64,000 nucleotides of DNA from an uncultured Acidimicrobiia bacterium (GTDB lineage: Bacteria; Actinomycetota; Acidimicrobiia; Spongiisociales; UBA5794). The notes under the pieces were generated by a model. It saw only the letters and a list, made by a program, of their open reading frames with translations. It was not told the DNA's origin and did not search any database. Where the stretch lies: contig CAVWXP010000008.1 in assembly GCA_963759175.1 (NCBI GenBank), forward strand, positions 112,937 to 176,936. Direction: 5' to 3'. How positions within the stretch are numbered: the first letter of the stretch is position 1; each line of letters starts with the position of its first letter. Below, in pieces: positions 49,014 through 60,796 of this stretch. The position numbers and the translations under genes are program-made.

Positions 49014-51419
49014 CTAGAGACCCGCTTCGAACTCGTCCTCGAACGACACGACCTTGCGGCCGGGCTTGTCGGTCGACGAATCGTCCTTGCGATCCTTGTC
49101 ACGGTCGCGGTCGCGATCACGGTTCCTATTGCGGTTCCGATCACGGTTGCGGTTGTCGCCATCGCCACGATCCGAACGACGATCGCCATCGTTCGACGCC
49201 TCGCGTGCCGGTGCCTCTGCCGGGGTGCCACCCGATGAGTCATCGGAGCTGTCGCCACCGGAGCCGTCCGCCATGTCGAGACTGACCTTGCCCCGATCGT
49301 CGATCTCGCGAACGACGACCTTGACCTTGTCACCGAGGGACAGGACGTCCTCCACCTTGTCGATGCGCTTGCCGCCACCGATCTTGGAGATGTGTAGCAG
49401 ACCGTCACGGCCGGGAAGGATGTTGACGAATGCGCCGAACTTGGTGATGTTGACGACCTCGCCGTCATAGGTCTCACCGATCTTCGCCTCGGGCGGGAAG
49501 CCGATCGCGAGGATCCGCTCCTTTGCGAGGTTCATCGACGTGGTATCAGGGGCGCCGACGCGCACCGTACCGTCGTCGTCGATCTCGATCGTCGCTCCGG
49601 TCTCCTCCTCGAGTTCACGGATCGTCTTGCCCTTCGGGCCGATGACCTCACCGATCTTGTCCTTGGGGACCATGACCGCCTCGATCTTCGGTGCCGTCGC
49701 AGCGAGTTCGTCCCGCGGCGCGGGCAGCACGGCTGCCATGGCGTCGAGGATGAAGAGTCGCGCATCGCGCGCCTGGTTCATCGCTGCGATCAGCACGTCG
49801 GCCGGTAGCCCCTCGATCTTCGTGTCGAGCTGGAGGGCCGTGATCATGTCACGAGTACCAGCGACCTTGAAGTCCATGTCGCCGAGGTGGTCCTCGACGC
49901 CGAGGATGTCCGTCAGCGTCGCGAACTTGCCGTCATGGTTGATGAGGCCCATGGCGATCCCTGCCACGGGTGCATGGATCGGAACACCTGCATCCATCAG
50001 CGACATCGACGAACCACACACCGACGCCATCGACGACGAGCCGTTCGACATCAGCACCTCGGACACGAGGCGATAGGCGTACGGGAAGTCCTCTGCCGGC
50101 GGAATGACCGGCAGGAGTGCCTTCTCAGCGAGGGCGCCGTGGCCGATCTCGCGGCGCTTGGGTCCACGCATGAAGCCTGCCTCACCCGTTGCGTACGGCG
50201 GCATGTTGTAGTGGTGCATGTACCGCTTCGAATCCTCGGGAGAGATGGTGTCGAGCATCTGCTCCATCTTCAGCATGCCGAGTGTCGTGACGTTGAGCAC
50301 CTGGGTCTCACCGCGCTGGAACAGCCCCGAACCGTGAGCGCCGGGAACGAGCCCGACCTCGACGGTGAGGTCACGGATGTCCGTGAGGCCACGGCCATCG
50401 ATACGCACGCCATCGTGAACGACCCGCGAACGCATCACGTTCTTCTGCACCTTCGAGAAGGCAGCCTTGGCCTCTTTGAGGCCGTCGGCGTCGTCGTCCG
50501 CGAGACCGAGCTCGGCGAAGGTCTCATCCTTCACACCGGCTTCGGCGTTCTGGCGCTCGTGCTTGTTGGCAATCGTGCCGAGAGCCTCGAGCTTGGGTTT
50601 GGCTATCCCTTCCACCCTGGCGAACATCTCGTCGGAGTAGTCCGACAGGGAGATCCACTCGACGGGATCGGGTTCGCCGTTCAACTCCCTCAGCTCGAGC
50701 TGTAGGTCGATGAGCGTCGCGATGTAGTCCTTCGATGCTTCGAGACCGGCGGCGACGGTCGCTTCGTCGGAACCCTGGGCGCCCGCTTGGACGAGTCGCA
50801 CGCCCTCTTCGGATGCGCCGGCTTCGACCATGGCGATGTCGATCCCGCCGTCGGCATTGCGCTTGCCGGCCACGACGATCTCGAACACGGCTTCCTCGCC
50901 CTGCTCGTAGGTCGGGAACGGGACCCATGCACCGTCGATGAGCGCGAGGCGCACCGATCCGATGGGACCGTCGAACGGAATCGGGCCGACGGTGAGGGCA
51001 GCCGATGCGCCGTTCAAGGCGATGATGTCATGGGGATTCGCGAGGTCTGCGGCGAGCACCGTTGCGACGACATGGGTGTCGTGGCGGTAGCCGTCGGCGA
51101 AGTTGGGACGGAGCGGCCGATCGATGAGGCGAGCAGTCAGCGTCGCCTTCTCGGTGGCACGACCCTCCCTACGGAAGAACGAACCGGGAATCCGACCCAC
51201 GGCATACGTGCGTTCCTCGACGTCGACGGTCAGGGGAAAGAAGTCGACCCCTTCGCGGAGCCTCCGACTTGCGGTTGCGGTCACGAGGACCTCGGTGTTG
51301 CCGATGGATACCGTGACGGCACCATCGGAGAGTTGTGCGAGCTTTCCTGCACTCAGTGAGATCTCGACCTCACCAATGCGCCCGCGTACGGTGGTCTCTG
51401 CCACGCGTGTCTCCTTCAT
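49014..51419 (-). CDS. pnp: polyribonucleotide nucleotidyltransferase (PNPase) with C-terminal Arg/Asp/Asn-repeat tail
   Basis: Two RNase PH domains, KH and S1 (…GETYDGEVVNITKFGAFV…). Last ~80 aa low complexity: …RNRDRNRNRNRDRDRDRDKDRKDD…. Confidence 0.95.
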   Translation of the reverse strand: MKETRVAETTVRGRIGEVEISLSAGKLAQLSDGAVTVSIGNTEVLVTATASRRLREGVDFFPLTVDVEERTYAVGRIPGSFFRREGRATEKATLTARLIDRPLRPNFADGYRHDTHVVATVLAADLANPHDIIALNGASAALTVGPIPFDGPIGSVRLALIDGAWVPFPTYEQGEEAVFEIVVAGKRNADGGIDIAMVEAGASEEGVRLVQAGAQGSDEATVAAGLEASKDYIATLIDLQLELRELNGEPDPVEWISLSDYSDEMFARVEGIAKPKLEALGTIANKHERQNAEAGVKDETFAELGLADDDADGLKEAKAAFSKVQKNVMRSRVVHDGVRIDGRGLTDIRDLTVEVGLVPGAHGSGLFQRGETQVLNVTTLGMLKMEQMLDTISPEDSKRYMHHYNMPPYATGEAGFMRGPKRREIGHGALAEKALLPVIPPAEDFPYAYRLVSEVLMSNGSSSMASVCGSSMSLMDAGVPIHAPVAGIAMGLINHDGKFATLTDILGVEDHLGDMDFKVAGTRDMITALQLDTKIEGLPADVLIAAMNQARDARLFILDAMAAVLPAPRDELAATAPKIEAVMVPKDKIGEVIGPKGKTIRELEEETGATIEIDDDGTVRVGAPDTTSMNLAKERILAIGFPPEAKIGETYDGEVVNITKFGAFVNILPGRDGLLHISKIGGGKRIDKVEDVLSLGDKVKVVVREIDDRGKVSLDMADGSGGDSSDDSSGGTPAEAPAREASNDGDRRSDRGDGDNRNRDRNRNRNRDRDRDRDKDRKDDSSTDKPGRKVVSFEDEFEAGL

Positions 51420-51556
51420 TCGGGGAGGAGGCCCAATTGGCAGTGGTCACGACTCGACGCGGTGTGTTCCGAATCGTGGCCACTGACAACTGGACTGCAG
51501 CCTCCGGTGTGTGGGCCTGGGTGCGACAGTCGAGCTGCGTCATCCCAGATACGGGT

Positions 51557-51578
51557 GAAGGCGGCTGATGCCGCCTTC
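51557..51578 (-). terminator. stem-loop GAAGGCGGC-TGAT-GCCGCCTTC just downstream of rpsO (candidate rpsO terminator / pnp-leader structure)
   Basis: Perfect 9-bp GC-rich stem. No U-tract follows on the transcribed strand, which is common in high-GC actinobacteria. Confidence 0.45.
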
Positions 51579-51588
51579 GATCCGATGG

Positions 51589-51846
51589 TTATCGACGCAG
51601 TCCCAATTTCGCAATCAGGGCTCGGTAGCGCTCCACGTCTTGTTCCTGGAGGTACCGAAGCAGTCGCCGACGCTTACCAACCATCATGAGCAGTCCGCGC
51701 CGGCTGTGATGGTCCTTCTTGTGGACCTTCAAGTGTTCGGTGAGGTGATTGATCCGCTCAGTCAGCAACGCAACCTGGACCTCGGGAGATCCCGTGTCCG
51801 TGGCATGCGTGCCGTATTCGTCTACAACAGATTTCGTGTCGTTCAC
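51589..51846 (-). CDS. rpsO: 30S ribosomal protein S15
   Basis: …[48 protein letters not shown]… is classic S15. Confidence 0.95.
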   Translation of the reverse strand: MNDTKSVVDEYGTHATDTGSPEVQVALLTERINHLTEHLKVHKKDHHSRRGLLMMVGKRRRLLRYLQEQDVERYRALIAKLGLRR

Positions 51847-51933
51847 GAGGTACTTTCCTACGCGAGTAAGTGATCGGGCGACCGCCCGAGCGGCAGGTTA
51901 GCACGGCGGCGGGGTAGAGCGCACCCAACCGAC

Positions 51934-52320
51934 TCACGAGCCGACGACGGCCTCGACCTCGATCTCGACCCTCCACGATGGATCGACGAGGCCAGCCACG
52001 ACCACCATCGTCGATGCGGGATCAGCCGCTCCGAACACCTCGCCGTGCACGGTGCCGATGACGTCAGCATCACCAGGATCGACGATGAACATCCTGGTCC
52101 GGACCACGTCCGCTACCGCTCCCCCGAGGGCTTCGAGCGCCTCGATGGCGATCTCACAGCACCGGCGCATCTGGGCCGCGGGGTCGTCGAGAACCGGAGC
52201 GCCATCGGGTCGGACGGGACCCGTGCCCGCGACGTGGATGACCGACTCGATCCGCACGGCGCGGGAGAACCCGTACGCCGCCTCATAGGGCGAGATCCCG
52301 TGGTGGGTGGTGCGTTCCAT
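51934..52320 (-). CDS. RidA/YjgF family reactive-intermediate deaminase
   Basis: 128 aa. …VRTRMFIVDPGD… plus a conserved C-terminus. Confidence 0.7.
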   Translation of the reverse strand: MERTTHHGISPYEAAYGFSRAVRIESVIHVAGTGPVRPDGAPVLDDPAAQMRRCCEIAIEALEALGGAVADVVRTRMFIVDPGDADVIGTVHGEVFGAADPASTMVVVAGLVDPSWRVEIEVEAVVGS

Positions 52321-52378
52321 GACCCAACGGTACCTCCCGGATCGGACGCACGCGCGAGCGCGCCATGAACCACCAGCG

Positions 52379-53443
52379 TCACACCGCGATCGTGTGACTC
52401 CTGCCCCTCCCCCACCAGATCCTCGGTATGCGCCGGTGGCCGGTCCATTCGCAGGATCCGGGATGTGTCGACTCGGCCTTCACACAGGAGGCGACCGCAC
52501 GGTGGGAGAGGACGCTGCTGTGGGCTTCGAAGATGCGACCGAGGAATGCCGCCGGTCGCCACCACGACGACCACGCCGACGGTGCGCCATCGTCCACGAG
52601 GTCATACACGCGCAGTCCCCGCGGGTCATCGCGGAAATTCGTCACGATCGCATCGGGATTGCGTACAGCGATGACCTCCACGCTCGATGCGTCGCCGAGC
52701 CCCTCACGAATGTCCCTGCACCCGGCGGAATCGCACCGCACCGGATCGAAGCCCCCGTTGTCGGGGATCTGGGAGATCGGACCTCCGAGGCGCTGGAGGC
52801 GACCGAGGTCCCCCTTGGCGATGGCGGGGTCGAGGAGCGCAGCACCGCGGTATCCCGGAATGGGACTGCGCTCCCCCGCATCGAGGGCCGCGATCATCTC
52901 CACACCCACGGCTCCCCCCTTCGAGTGATGGATCGAGTACACGGGATCGCCTTCGGCCGCCACGGACCGGATGAGGGCATCGAGCGCCGCTGCGGCATCG
53001 GCCGCCGAGGCATGGCGGGAAGCCTCCGTCGACGATGCACCGCGAGCGACGGATCGATAGTCGAAGCGCACCGTCCGGTCCTCGGGGATGCCCATGAGCG
53101 CCATCAGGTGATCGAAGTCGCCGGGTGCGCCACCGTCGCCGTGGACGAGGACATACGTCGGCTCGGCATCGGTGCGGCGCCGGCGCACCCGTGCGAGCGC
53201 CACTCCACCGGCACCGAGGCCGACCATCCCACCCACACCGACCGGCAGACCGTGCGGTACGCGCCGCCGCGAGGCACCGCTGCCGGGGAGCACCAGAGCC
53301 GAGCGAGCAGGCGGCGTTTGCGCCAAGCCGAGACCGTTGCTCGGCACCAACACCTCCGATGCGGGTCCGTCAGGTACCACTGGACCCGGGGCGAGTTGTC
53401 CCATCGGACCCAGGGCCACGACCAGTGCGAGGGCAGCGAGCAT
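52379..53443 (-). CDS. secreted alpha/beta hydrolase (lipase/esterase-like)
   Basis: Signal peptide, …YVLVHGDGG…, nucleophile-elbow-like HHSKGG. Confidence 0.6.
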   Translation of the reverse strand: MLAALALVVALGPMGQLAPGPVVPDGPASEVLVPSNGLGLAQTPPARSALVLPGSGASRRRVPHGLPVGVGGMVGLGAGGVALARVRRRRTDAEPTYVLVHGDGGAPGDFDHLMALMGIPEDRTVRFDYRSVARGASSTEASRHASAADAAAALDALIRSVAAEGDPVYSIHHSKGGAVGVEMIAALDAGERSPIPGYRGAALLDPAIAKGDLGRLQRLGGPISQIPDNGGFDPVRCDSAGCRDIREGLGDASSVEVIAVRNPDAIVTNFRDDPRGLRVYDLVDDGAPSAWSSWWRPAAFLGRIFEAHSSVLSHRAVASCVKAESTHPGSCEWTGHRRIPRIWWGRGRSHTIAV

Positions 53444-53530
53444 GCACTTCCTCCATCGGGAAGTGCGGGCCTTGCATCACTGTGCCACGACCCGGTTCCC
53501 CGTACAAGGGATCCGATCAGCGCCTGGCGC

Positions 53531-54451
53531 TCACCGCAGGGCGATACGAGCCGTGGCGATGTCGTTGGTGATCTGGGCGACGAGGGCGTCGACGGAGGTG
53601 AAGCGTTGCTCATTGCGGATACGATCGATGAACGCCACCCGGACGGTCGATCCATAGAGGTCGATCTCGGTGTCGAGCAGGTGCACCTCGATCTTCTCGG
53701 GACCACCGCCGAATGTCGGACGGGTACCGACATTGCACACGGCATCATGCGCGGTCCCATCGACGGTGCACCGGACGGCATAGACCCCACCCGCAGGACG
53801 GACGAAACCCTCGGGCATCGACACGTTCGCCGTCGGGAAACCGATCGTCCGGCCCCTGCCGTCACCCGGTACGACCTCGCCATCGACGGCGAACGGTCGC
53901 CCCAGCATGCGCGACGCCAACTCCACACCGCCCGACGAGATGGCTGCGCGGATCGTCGAGGACCGCACCTCGGTGCCGTGGATCGTCACGATCGGTGTCG
54001 CAATCAGTGCGAACCCGCGCTGATGACCGAGCAGACGCAAGGTGTCGACGGTTCCCGAGGCTCCATGCCCGAAACGGAAGCCGGCGCCGACGGCAACCAC
54101 ACGCGCACGGAGGCCCTCGACCAGATACCCGTCCACGAACTGCTCGGGACCCAGACGCATCGTGGTCTCGTCGAAGTCGATGATCGCTGCAACGTCGATG
54201 CCCGATTCCGAGAAGAGCTCGAGGCGTCGTTCCATCGTCGTGAGCGCGGGTGGCTCGTCTCGCCCTGCCACGACGGCATCGGGATGCGATGAGAAGGTCA
54301 TGGCGACCAGCGGTCGGCCGTCCGCGGCCTCGGCCAGGGTCGCGAATACGGCTCGATGCCCCCGATGGACCCCATCGAACACGCCGATGGCGACGGCGTG
54401 TTCCTGGTCGTCGTGGGGCCAACCGCTCGGCGGACCGGTGAACACCCTCAT
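53531..54451 (-). CDS. ribF: bifunctional riboflavin kinase / FAD synthetase
   Basis: …AIGVFDGVHRGHRAV… (FAD synthetase) and a C-terminal riboflavin kinase domain (…GFPTANV…). Confidence 0.9.
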   Translation of the reverse strand: MRVFTGPPSGWPHDDQEHAVAIGVFDGVHRGHRAVFATLAEAADGRPLVAMTFSSHPDAVVAGRDEPPALTTMERRLELFSESGIDVAAIIDFDETTMRLGPEQFVDGYLVEGLRARVVAVGAGFRFGHGASGTVDTLRLLGHQRGFALIATPIVTIHGTEVRSSTIRAAISSGGVELASRMLGRPFAVDGEVVPGDGRGRTIGFPTANVSMPEGFVRPAGGVYAVRCTVDGTAHDAVCNVGTRPTFGGGPEKIEVHLLDTEIDLYGSTVRVAFIDRIRNEQRFTSVDALVAQITNDIATARIALR

Positions 54452-55341
54452 GGCAGCACCACCTCGGGAAGCAGCGAATCTCCGGCCCGACGGTACACGG
54501 CGAGCAGGTGACCAGTGGGGCTGCCGATCCTGACTGGGGCGCCGTCCGCCACGTCGTCGTCGAGGGGAATGGCCCTCCCGTTACGGACACGGAACGCCGT
54601 CGCATCATCCACCTCGATGGCACCCATGCCCTCGAGTGCGTCCCATGGGGAAACGATCCGCTCGGCGAGCTCCCCCGATCGAGCCAGCGAAACGGCGATA
54701 TCGACTGAGCAGGCGTCGCGCACGAGCATCGCCCCATTGCGTACCCGACGCAGCGCGATGAGGTGTGCTCTGCCGCCAAGGGCACGTCCGATGTCGTCGG
54801 CGAGTGTGCGCACGTACGTGCCAGTCGAGCAGACGGTTCGGAACGTCGCCTGGGGATAGTCGCTGGGCGCGAGGTCGATGAGCTCGAGGCGATCGATCGT
54901 CACGGGCCGAGCCTCGCGTTCGACGACCTTGCCTTCCCGAGCGAGTTCGTACAGGCGCTTCCCCTCGACCTTTCGGGCCGAGACCATCGGCGGGATCTGC
55001 ATGATCTCACCGGTGAACCGCTGCATCGCCTCGATCAGCTGCTCCTCGGTGACGGGCAGCGGCTCACGGGTCATGATGGCTCCGTCGGCATCGAGGGTGT
55101 CGGTGGCGACGCCGAGCTGTGCCGTCGCGAGGTACTCCTTCTGACCCCCCTGGACATAGCGCAGGAGCTTCGTCGCTCGGCCGAGACCGAGGACCAGGAG
55201 CCCCGTGGCCATCGGATCGAGCGTCCCTGCGTGACCTACCTTGCCACCGAGCGAGCTGCGCACCTTCGCCACGACATCGTGGGATGTCCAACCCTGCTCC
55301 TTGTCGATGAGCAGGAACCCGAACGGCTTGGCGGTGCTCAC
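54448..55341 (-). CDS. truB: tRNA pseudouridine(55) synthase TruB
   Basis: …FGFLLIDKEQGWTSHDVVAKVR…GHAGTLDPMATGLLVLGLGRATKL… GTG start overlapping the nrnA stop (GTGA). It lies inside track ORF 54448..56382, which fuses truB with the 5' part of nrnA. Confidence 0.9.
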   Translation of the reverse strand: MSTAKPFGFLLIDKEQGWTSHDVVAKVRSSLGGKVGHAGTLDPMATGLLVLGLGRATKLLRYVQGGQKEYLATAQLGVATDTLDADGAIMTREPLPVTEEQLIEAMQRFTGEIMQIPPMVSARKVEGKRLYELAREGKVVEREARPVTIDRLELIDLAPSDYPQATFRTVCSTGTYVRTLADDIGRALGGRAHLIALRRVRNGAMLVRDACSVDIAVSLARSGELAERIVSPWDALEGMGAIEVDDATAFRVRNGRAIPLDDDVADGAPVRIGSPTGHLLAVYRRAGDSLLPEVVLP

Positions 55342-56307
55342 GGCAGCTGGGCGACCACGTGCTCGACGATGCGCGGCACGGTATCGAGCGAGGTGAATCC
55401 CGCGGCATTGTGATGGCCGCCACCACCGAACGACCGGGCGATCTGGGCCACATCGATGCGTCCCGCGTGAACGCAGGGAGCCCTTGACGACTCCCGGCTT
55501 CGACTCCTTGAGGAGGCATGCGACCTCCGTGCCGCGCGCCATACGCACCAGGTCGATGAGGCCGTCGCTCTGGTGGTACGCGAGGCCGGTCGCCGCAAGA
55601 TCGGCCTGGGTCATCAGCGACCACACGAACTGGTGGTCCACATCGAGCACCGCACGGTCGAGGACGCGTGCGGCGAGGCCGTAGTACCCGAATGGCGCCT
55701 CCTCGAACAGCTTCTGCCCGATGCGGTCGGGCGTCACACCGGCACGAAGGAGGTCAGCGGCGATCTCATGGGTTCGCGGCGACGTCGACGAGTACTGGAA
55801 CCGTCCCGTATCGGTGACGATCCCGGTGTACAGCGCAGTCGCGACGTCGCGTGACGTGGGCCATCCCAGGCGTTGGATGAGCCCATGCACGAGCTCGGTC
55901 GTTGCCGCCGCGGTGACATCGAGCAGGACCGTGTCGCCCCAGGAACCATCGGAGATGTGATGGTCGATGATCAGGAGATGGTCAGCGGATTCCATCGCAC
56001 CGGCAAGCGACCCGACCCGGTCGCTGACCGATGTATCGACGGCGATCGCCACGTCGAGGTCGGTCGGGAACTCCGAGGGCGGAACGAGGGTCGAGGTGTC
56101 GAGGAACGACATCTCCTCGGGTACGACGAACGGCTCTGCGAAGGATGCAACGGCTTCCTTGCCGGCCAGGCGAGCCGCGAGCGCCAAACCCACCATCGAT
56201 CCGAGCGCATCGCCGTCGGGGCCGACATGGCCGACGACACCGATTCTCTCGGCTCTGCGCACCACCTCGGCGGCGGCGGCATATGCGGCTTCGAGGTCAG
56301 CGGACAT
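55338..56307 (-). CDS. nrnA: bifunctional oligoribonuclease/pAp phosphatase NrnA (DHH-DHHA1); apparent +1 frameshift near 55462-55470
   Basis: DHH motifs (…GHVGPDGDALGS…, …LLIIDHHIS…) are in the frame of the long track ORF. The DHHA1 C-terminus (GRIDVAQIARSFGGGGHHNAAGF…) is in the frame of ORF 55338..55598. The switch is at cgCGGGac. Confidence 0.7.
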
Positions 56308-56731
56308 CGTCGGAGCCCTCGTCGTCCTCGGCTGCGTCGGGGCCGACATCCTCGGCATCGGTCGCCGCATCGGTCTCGCCATCGCCGGAGGCGAGCTCCG
56401 TCAGGATCTCCGAGATCCGCAGGCCCTGGTCGATCGACGCATCGACCTTGAACGTCAGCTTCGGCGTGTAGCGCAGCCGTGTCTGTGCGCCGAGCGCTGA
56501 TTGGATGCGGGAGGTCGCCGACGCGAGGGCTGCGGCGGAGTCCGCCTTCTCCTGCTCACCTCCGAGCGAGGAGTAGTACACGACGGCGTGACGCAGATCG
56601 GGGCTCGTCTCGGCTCCGGTGATCGTGACGAACCCGATACGCGGGTCCTTGAGATCCTGGACGGCATCGGCGACGACCTCGCGGACGAGTTCGTTGACCT
56701 TGCGCATCCGGGGGCTCGGTTGACGTGCCAT
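56297..56731 (-). CDS. rbfA: ribosome-binding factor A with acidic C-terminal extension
   Basis: MARQPSPRMRKVNELVREVVADAVQDLKDPRIGFVTITGAETSPDLRHAVVYY… Standard genomic context: infB, then rbfA. Confidence 0.9.
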   Translation of the reverse strand: MARQPSPRMRKVNELVREVVADAVQDLKDPRIGFVTITGAETSPDLRHAVVYYSSLGGEQEKADSAAALASATSRIQSALGAQTRLRYTPKLTFKVDASIDQGLRISEILTELASGDGETDAATDAEDVGPDAAEDDEGSDDVR

Positions 56732-56752
56732 GGTGTCTCCGCTCCCCGCCGA

Positions 56753-58840
<2,088 letters not shown>

Positions 58841-58947
58841 CTCCGTGCCTCTCTGGGCGTCCGATCATTCCTCTTCGTCGGACGTCGCTGCGGTTGCCTC
58901 GGACTCCCCGGTTTCCACCTCATCGGTGTTCTCGGAGTCACTCGGCG

Positions 58948-60117
58948 CTACATCTGATTCGTCATCGTCCCTGCGTCACCGGCGGTGGCGTCGGTGGAAA
59001 CCGTGGCCGCATCGTCGGTCGCCTCATCTGCCGGGGCCGTGTCCTCGTCCGCTGCCTCCGTCGCCTCGTCCGCGGACACGGCAACCGGAGCGCCATCACC
59101 TTCGGCAATGGTCGGGAAGTCGGCATCGTCGTCCTCGTCGGCATCGAGGCCCAACTCCTGGGACTCGGACCTGATGTCGATACGGTATCCGGAGAGTCGC
59201 GCGGCGAGCCTGGCGTTCTGGCCCTCCTTGCCGATGGCGAGGGACAATTGGTGGTCCGGCACCACGACGATGGCGGTGCCCTCCTCCTCGTCGAGTTTGA
59301 CCTCCTGGACCCTTGCCGGGCTCAGGGCCTCGGCGATGAACCGCTTGGGGTCCTCTTCCCACTCGACGATGTCGACCTTCTCACCCTTGAGTTCGTTCAC
59401 GACCTGGCGTACCCGCGATCCGCGAGCACCGACACAGGCCCCGACGGGGTCCACGTTCGGATCGTTCGAGGCGACCGCGATCTTCGTACGGTGCCCGGCC
59501 TCGCGGGCAATCGCCTTGATCTCGATGTCACCGTCGACGAGTTCGGGCACTTCGAGCTCGAAGAGGGCGCGGATGAATTCGGGATGGGAACGCGACACGA
59601 CGATCTGGGGACCCTTCCCCTCGCCGCGAACCTCGAGGATCCAAGCCTTGACACGGTTCCCGCGTTCGAGGCGCTCATAGGGGATCTTCTCCGATCCCGG
59701 CAGGATGGCCTCGGCATCGCCGAGGTCGACGATCGAGTACCTATGGTCGGATTGCTGGATGATCCCGGTGATCAAGTCGCCTTCTCTGCCTTCGTACAGG
59801 TCGTAGACCTGCTCGCGCTTGGCGTCGCGTAGGCGCTGCAGGATGACCTGCTTCGCGGTCTGGGCGGCAATGCGGCCGAAGTCATCGGGCGTGTCCTCCC
59901 ATTCGTCGGTCACATTGCCGTCCTCGTCGAGCTCCTGGCCGTAGACGCGGATCTCACCGGAGTCGGCATCGATCGTGACGCGTGCCTCCTCGGCGGCTCC
60001 CGGCGTTCGCTTGTACGCCGAAACGAGGGCGTTCGCGAGGGCTTCGAGAATGGTGTCGCGGGGCACGCCCTTCTCGCGTTCGAGCATCTCCAGCGCATCC
60101 ATCAGGTTGTAATCCAT
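58948..60117 (-). CDS. nusA: transcription termination/antitermination factor NusA
   Basis: S1 plus two KH domains (…GIIQQSDHRYSIVDLG…, …VGACVGARGSRVRQVVNEL…). Start at the internal Met MDYNLMDALE; the track ORF runs to 60162. Confidence 0.9.
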   Translation of the reverse strand: MDYNLMDALEMLEREKGVPRDTILEALANALVSAYKRTPGAAEEARVTIDADSGEIRVYGQELDEDGNVTDEWEDTPDDFGRIAAQTAKQVILQRLRDAKREQVYDLYEGREGDLITGIIQQSDHRYSIVDLGDAEAILPGSEKIPYERLERGNRVKAWILEVRGEGKGPQIVVSRSHPEFIRALFELEVPELVDGDIEIKAIAREAGHRTKIAVASNDPNVDPVGACVGARGSRVRQVVNELKGEKVDIVEWEEDPKRFIAEALSPARVQEVKLDEEEGTAIVVVPDHQLSLAIGKEGQNARLAARLSGYRIDIRSESQELGLDADEDDDADFPTIAEGDGAPVAVSADEATEAADEDTAPADEATDDAATVSTDATAGDAGTMTNQM

Positions 60118-60125
60118 GGTGTCTC

Positions 60126-60605
60126 CTACGAGTCCTTGCCGGGCCGGCTGCTCTTCTCCCACTCGAACACGGTCCTGGCCGAAGCAACATCCGTGTAGGC
60201 AATGGTGCGCTCGGAGCCGTCGATGTCCAGGCGGAACGAGGAATCACTCGATGCGGCGAGCGTCCCCGTGTGGGCTTTGTCTCCGTCGATGGGTGCGTGA
60301 GTCTTGACCTTCACGGTTCGGCCGATCGACTTGCGGTAGTGGTCGGGTCTCGTCAGCTTCCGCTCGAGGCCCGGCGACGACACCTCGAGGGTGTACGACC
60401 CCGAAATGGGATCCTGGTCGTCGATGATCCTGCTGATGCCCCGTGACAGGTCGGCGATCACATCGACGCCGATCGGATCGGCGGCGTCAACGGTGACGCG
60501 CACGATCTGGCCGCCTCCCAGCACCTCGACGTCGTCGAGTTCGATGCCTTCGGCCGCGACGTAGGAGCCGATGGGACCCCACAATCGATCTACGACACTG
60601 CTCAA
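60126..60605 (-). CDS. rimP: ribosome maturation factor RimP
   Basis: …LDDVEVLGGGQIVRVTVD…YTLEVSSPGLERKL… Conventional position upstream of nusA. Confidence 0.85.
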   Translation of the reverse strand: MSSVVDRLWGPIGSYVAAEGIELDDVEVLGGGQIVRVTVDAADPIGVDVIADLSRGISRIIDDQDPISGSYTLEVSSPGLERKLTRPDHYRKSIGRTVKVKTHAPIDGDKAHTGTLAASSDSSFRLDIDGSERTIAYTDVASARTVFEWEKSSRPGKDS

Positions 60606-60735
60606 GCTGCTTCCTCACACACAACGACACTCTGCTCAAACAAAGAGGCGGGCCACGGCCCACCTCGGCAGAGATCTCGGTTCGTCAGAGCGCAGTATAC
60701 CAGCCCGCCCCCTTCTCCCGTTGTCGACGGGTCGG

Positions 60736-60759
60736 CGGGTGGGGCCGTTCCCCCGCCCG
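60736..60759. other. GC-rich stem-loop CGGGTGGGG-ccgttc-CCCCGCCCG between proS and rimP
   Basis: 9-bp stem including one G-U pair. Candidate proS terminator or rimP-nusA-infB leader element. Confidence 0.35.
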
Positions 60760-60796
60760 GTGACGGGCCGGCGGCCGATTCTGCGTATCCCGGAGG

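Noticed and set aside
54448-56382. 644-aa single ORF spanning truB and nrnA
   Set aside because: It is a read-through frame. truB has its own GTG start at ~55341 overlapping the nrnA stop. The nrnA C-terminus (DHHA1, GGGGH) is in a different frame.
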